A stretch of 64,000 nucleotides of DNA, from contig OX638151.1 in NCBI GenBank assembly GCA_951804945.1, positions 73,966,001-74,030,000 of the forward strand, given 5' to 3'. The notes under the pieces are model-generated. The model did not search any database, was not told the origin of the DNA, and saw nothing but the letters and a program-made list of their open reading frames with translations. This stretch comes from Podarcis cretensis. Taxonomy: Eukaryota. The position numbers were made by a program, and so were the translations under genes. Positions 62,943 through 64,000 of the stretch are shown piece after piece. Each line of letters starts with the position of its first letter. Position 1 is the first letter of the stretch.

Positions 62943-63230
62943 CTAGTTATTATAGACAAACACACACAAAAGTTTTCGTTTTCAAGATTTTTATGAAATT
63001 TAGATTTTTAAAATTATGAACAAAGGAATCCTTACATCATAGCCCACTGGTTCTCTTGTTGCTTGTACAACTTGTGACCTATCAAAATAGCAAGTACAGC
63101 AGCAATATATGGTGACCAAGAGATCAACCTTTGCTACCTACTACGGACTACAAAAAAGAAGTACCAAGCAGATTTCTCCATTCTTTTCCATTCTTTTCCA
63201 AGGAGGAGGGTGGGATCCCTCTGTCACATA

Positions 63231-63558
63231 CAGTGGTGCCTCGCAAGACGAAAAGAATCCGTTCCGCAAGTCTCTTCATCTAGCGGTTTTTTCGTCTTGC
63301 GAAGCAAGCCCATTGACAGCTTAGCGGATTAGCGCTATTAGCGGCTTTTAGAGGCTTATCGGCTTAGCGGATAAGCGGCTTAGCGGCTTAGAAAAAGGGG
63401 GGGGAAGGGGAAAAAACCCGCAGGAACTCGCAAGACATTTTCGTCTTGCAAAGCAAGCCCATAGGAAATTCGTTTTGCGAAGCACCTCCAAAACGGAAAA
63501 CTCTTTCGTCTAGCGAGTTTTCCGTCTTGCGAGGCATTCGTCTTGCGGGGCACCACTG
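63231..63558. mobile_element. Tc1/mariner-pogo (Tigger-like) MITE
   Basis: TA-CAGTGGTGCCTCGCAAGACGAA...TTCGTCTTGCGGGGCACCACTG-TA. Confidence 0.9.
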
Positions 63559-64000
63559 TATTCTGAATTGTATTCAACACAGGACTAAGGACAATGTTTC
63601 ACCAGCACAAGGATTCTCCTTATGCAATGGAACATCCTCCTCCATTTCTCTCCCTGCACTCCCGCCCCCCGCAAAATGTATTCTGGATTTCTCTCCAGTC
63701 TCCAAACATACGGTATATTGGGATTGCACATGGCACACATAGGGAAGGAAAGGGAGAGAAACACAATTGTGCTAGTATTAATCCTTGTGCTAGCACACTT
63801 ACTTTGTTGACTACCACCCTATGATCTATTCAAAAGCTAGCACACTGCTCTGTGGTTTTTAGTCTATTCTTACAAAAGTATTATGTTCCTGTTTGGACTT
63901 TCACAAACCATTATCAACTTCAAAGCAGACTGAGAATCTCTTACACTGCCAAAGTCACCAAGAAACAAAGAAGTAACTGGTGGTGGGGTTATATTTTGGA

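Noticed and set aside
63036-63078. Possible further CCDC162 exon (ag|GTCACAAG...TATGAT|gtaagg, 43 nt)
   Set aside because: Good splice sites, but its open frames do not join the 62942 acceptor in phase (would need an alternative acceptor near 62925); unresolved without cDNA

Overview
Eukaryotic (squamate, most likely lacertid lizard, inferred from a Sauria SINE and the repeat content) genomic window with the conserved gene order PPIL6 - CD164 - CCDC162. I read exons directly from splice sites and phase continuity. It holds: the last four coding exons of PPIL6 (+, 248-2670); the complete six-exon CD164/endolyn gene (+, 7327-20226, 198 aa) with a CpG-island promoter carrying CLEAR/E-box motifs and a ~2.55-kb 3' UTR; and 36 phase-consistent coding exons of an intact CCDC162 (-, 62942 to 23400, ~1,730 codons, 5' end outside the window). 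Introns carry many mobile elements: a young 5'-truncated L1, a 1.1-kb non-coding retroposon with an 18-bp TSD, Penelope-like fragments (one with a hammerhead ribozyme motif), a Sauria SINE, and hAT and Tc1/mariner-pogo MITEs. I found no prokaryotic-type system (no CRISPR, operon, rRNA or tRNA gene). Best novelty candidates: the CTCF/YY1-headed non-autonomous retroposon, cargo-carrying hAT elements (one offering a poison exon to CD164), and a palindromic bidirectional poly(A) site between CD164 and CCDC162. Gene identities come from recalled protein motifs and synteny, not from database searches.
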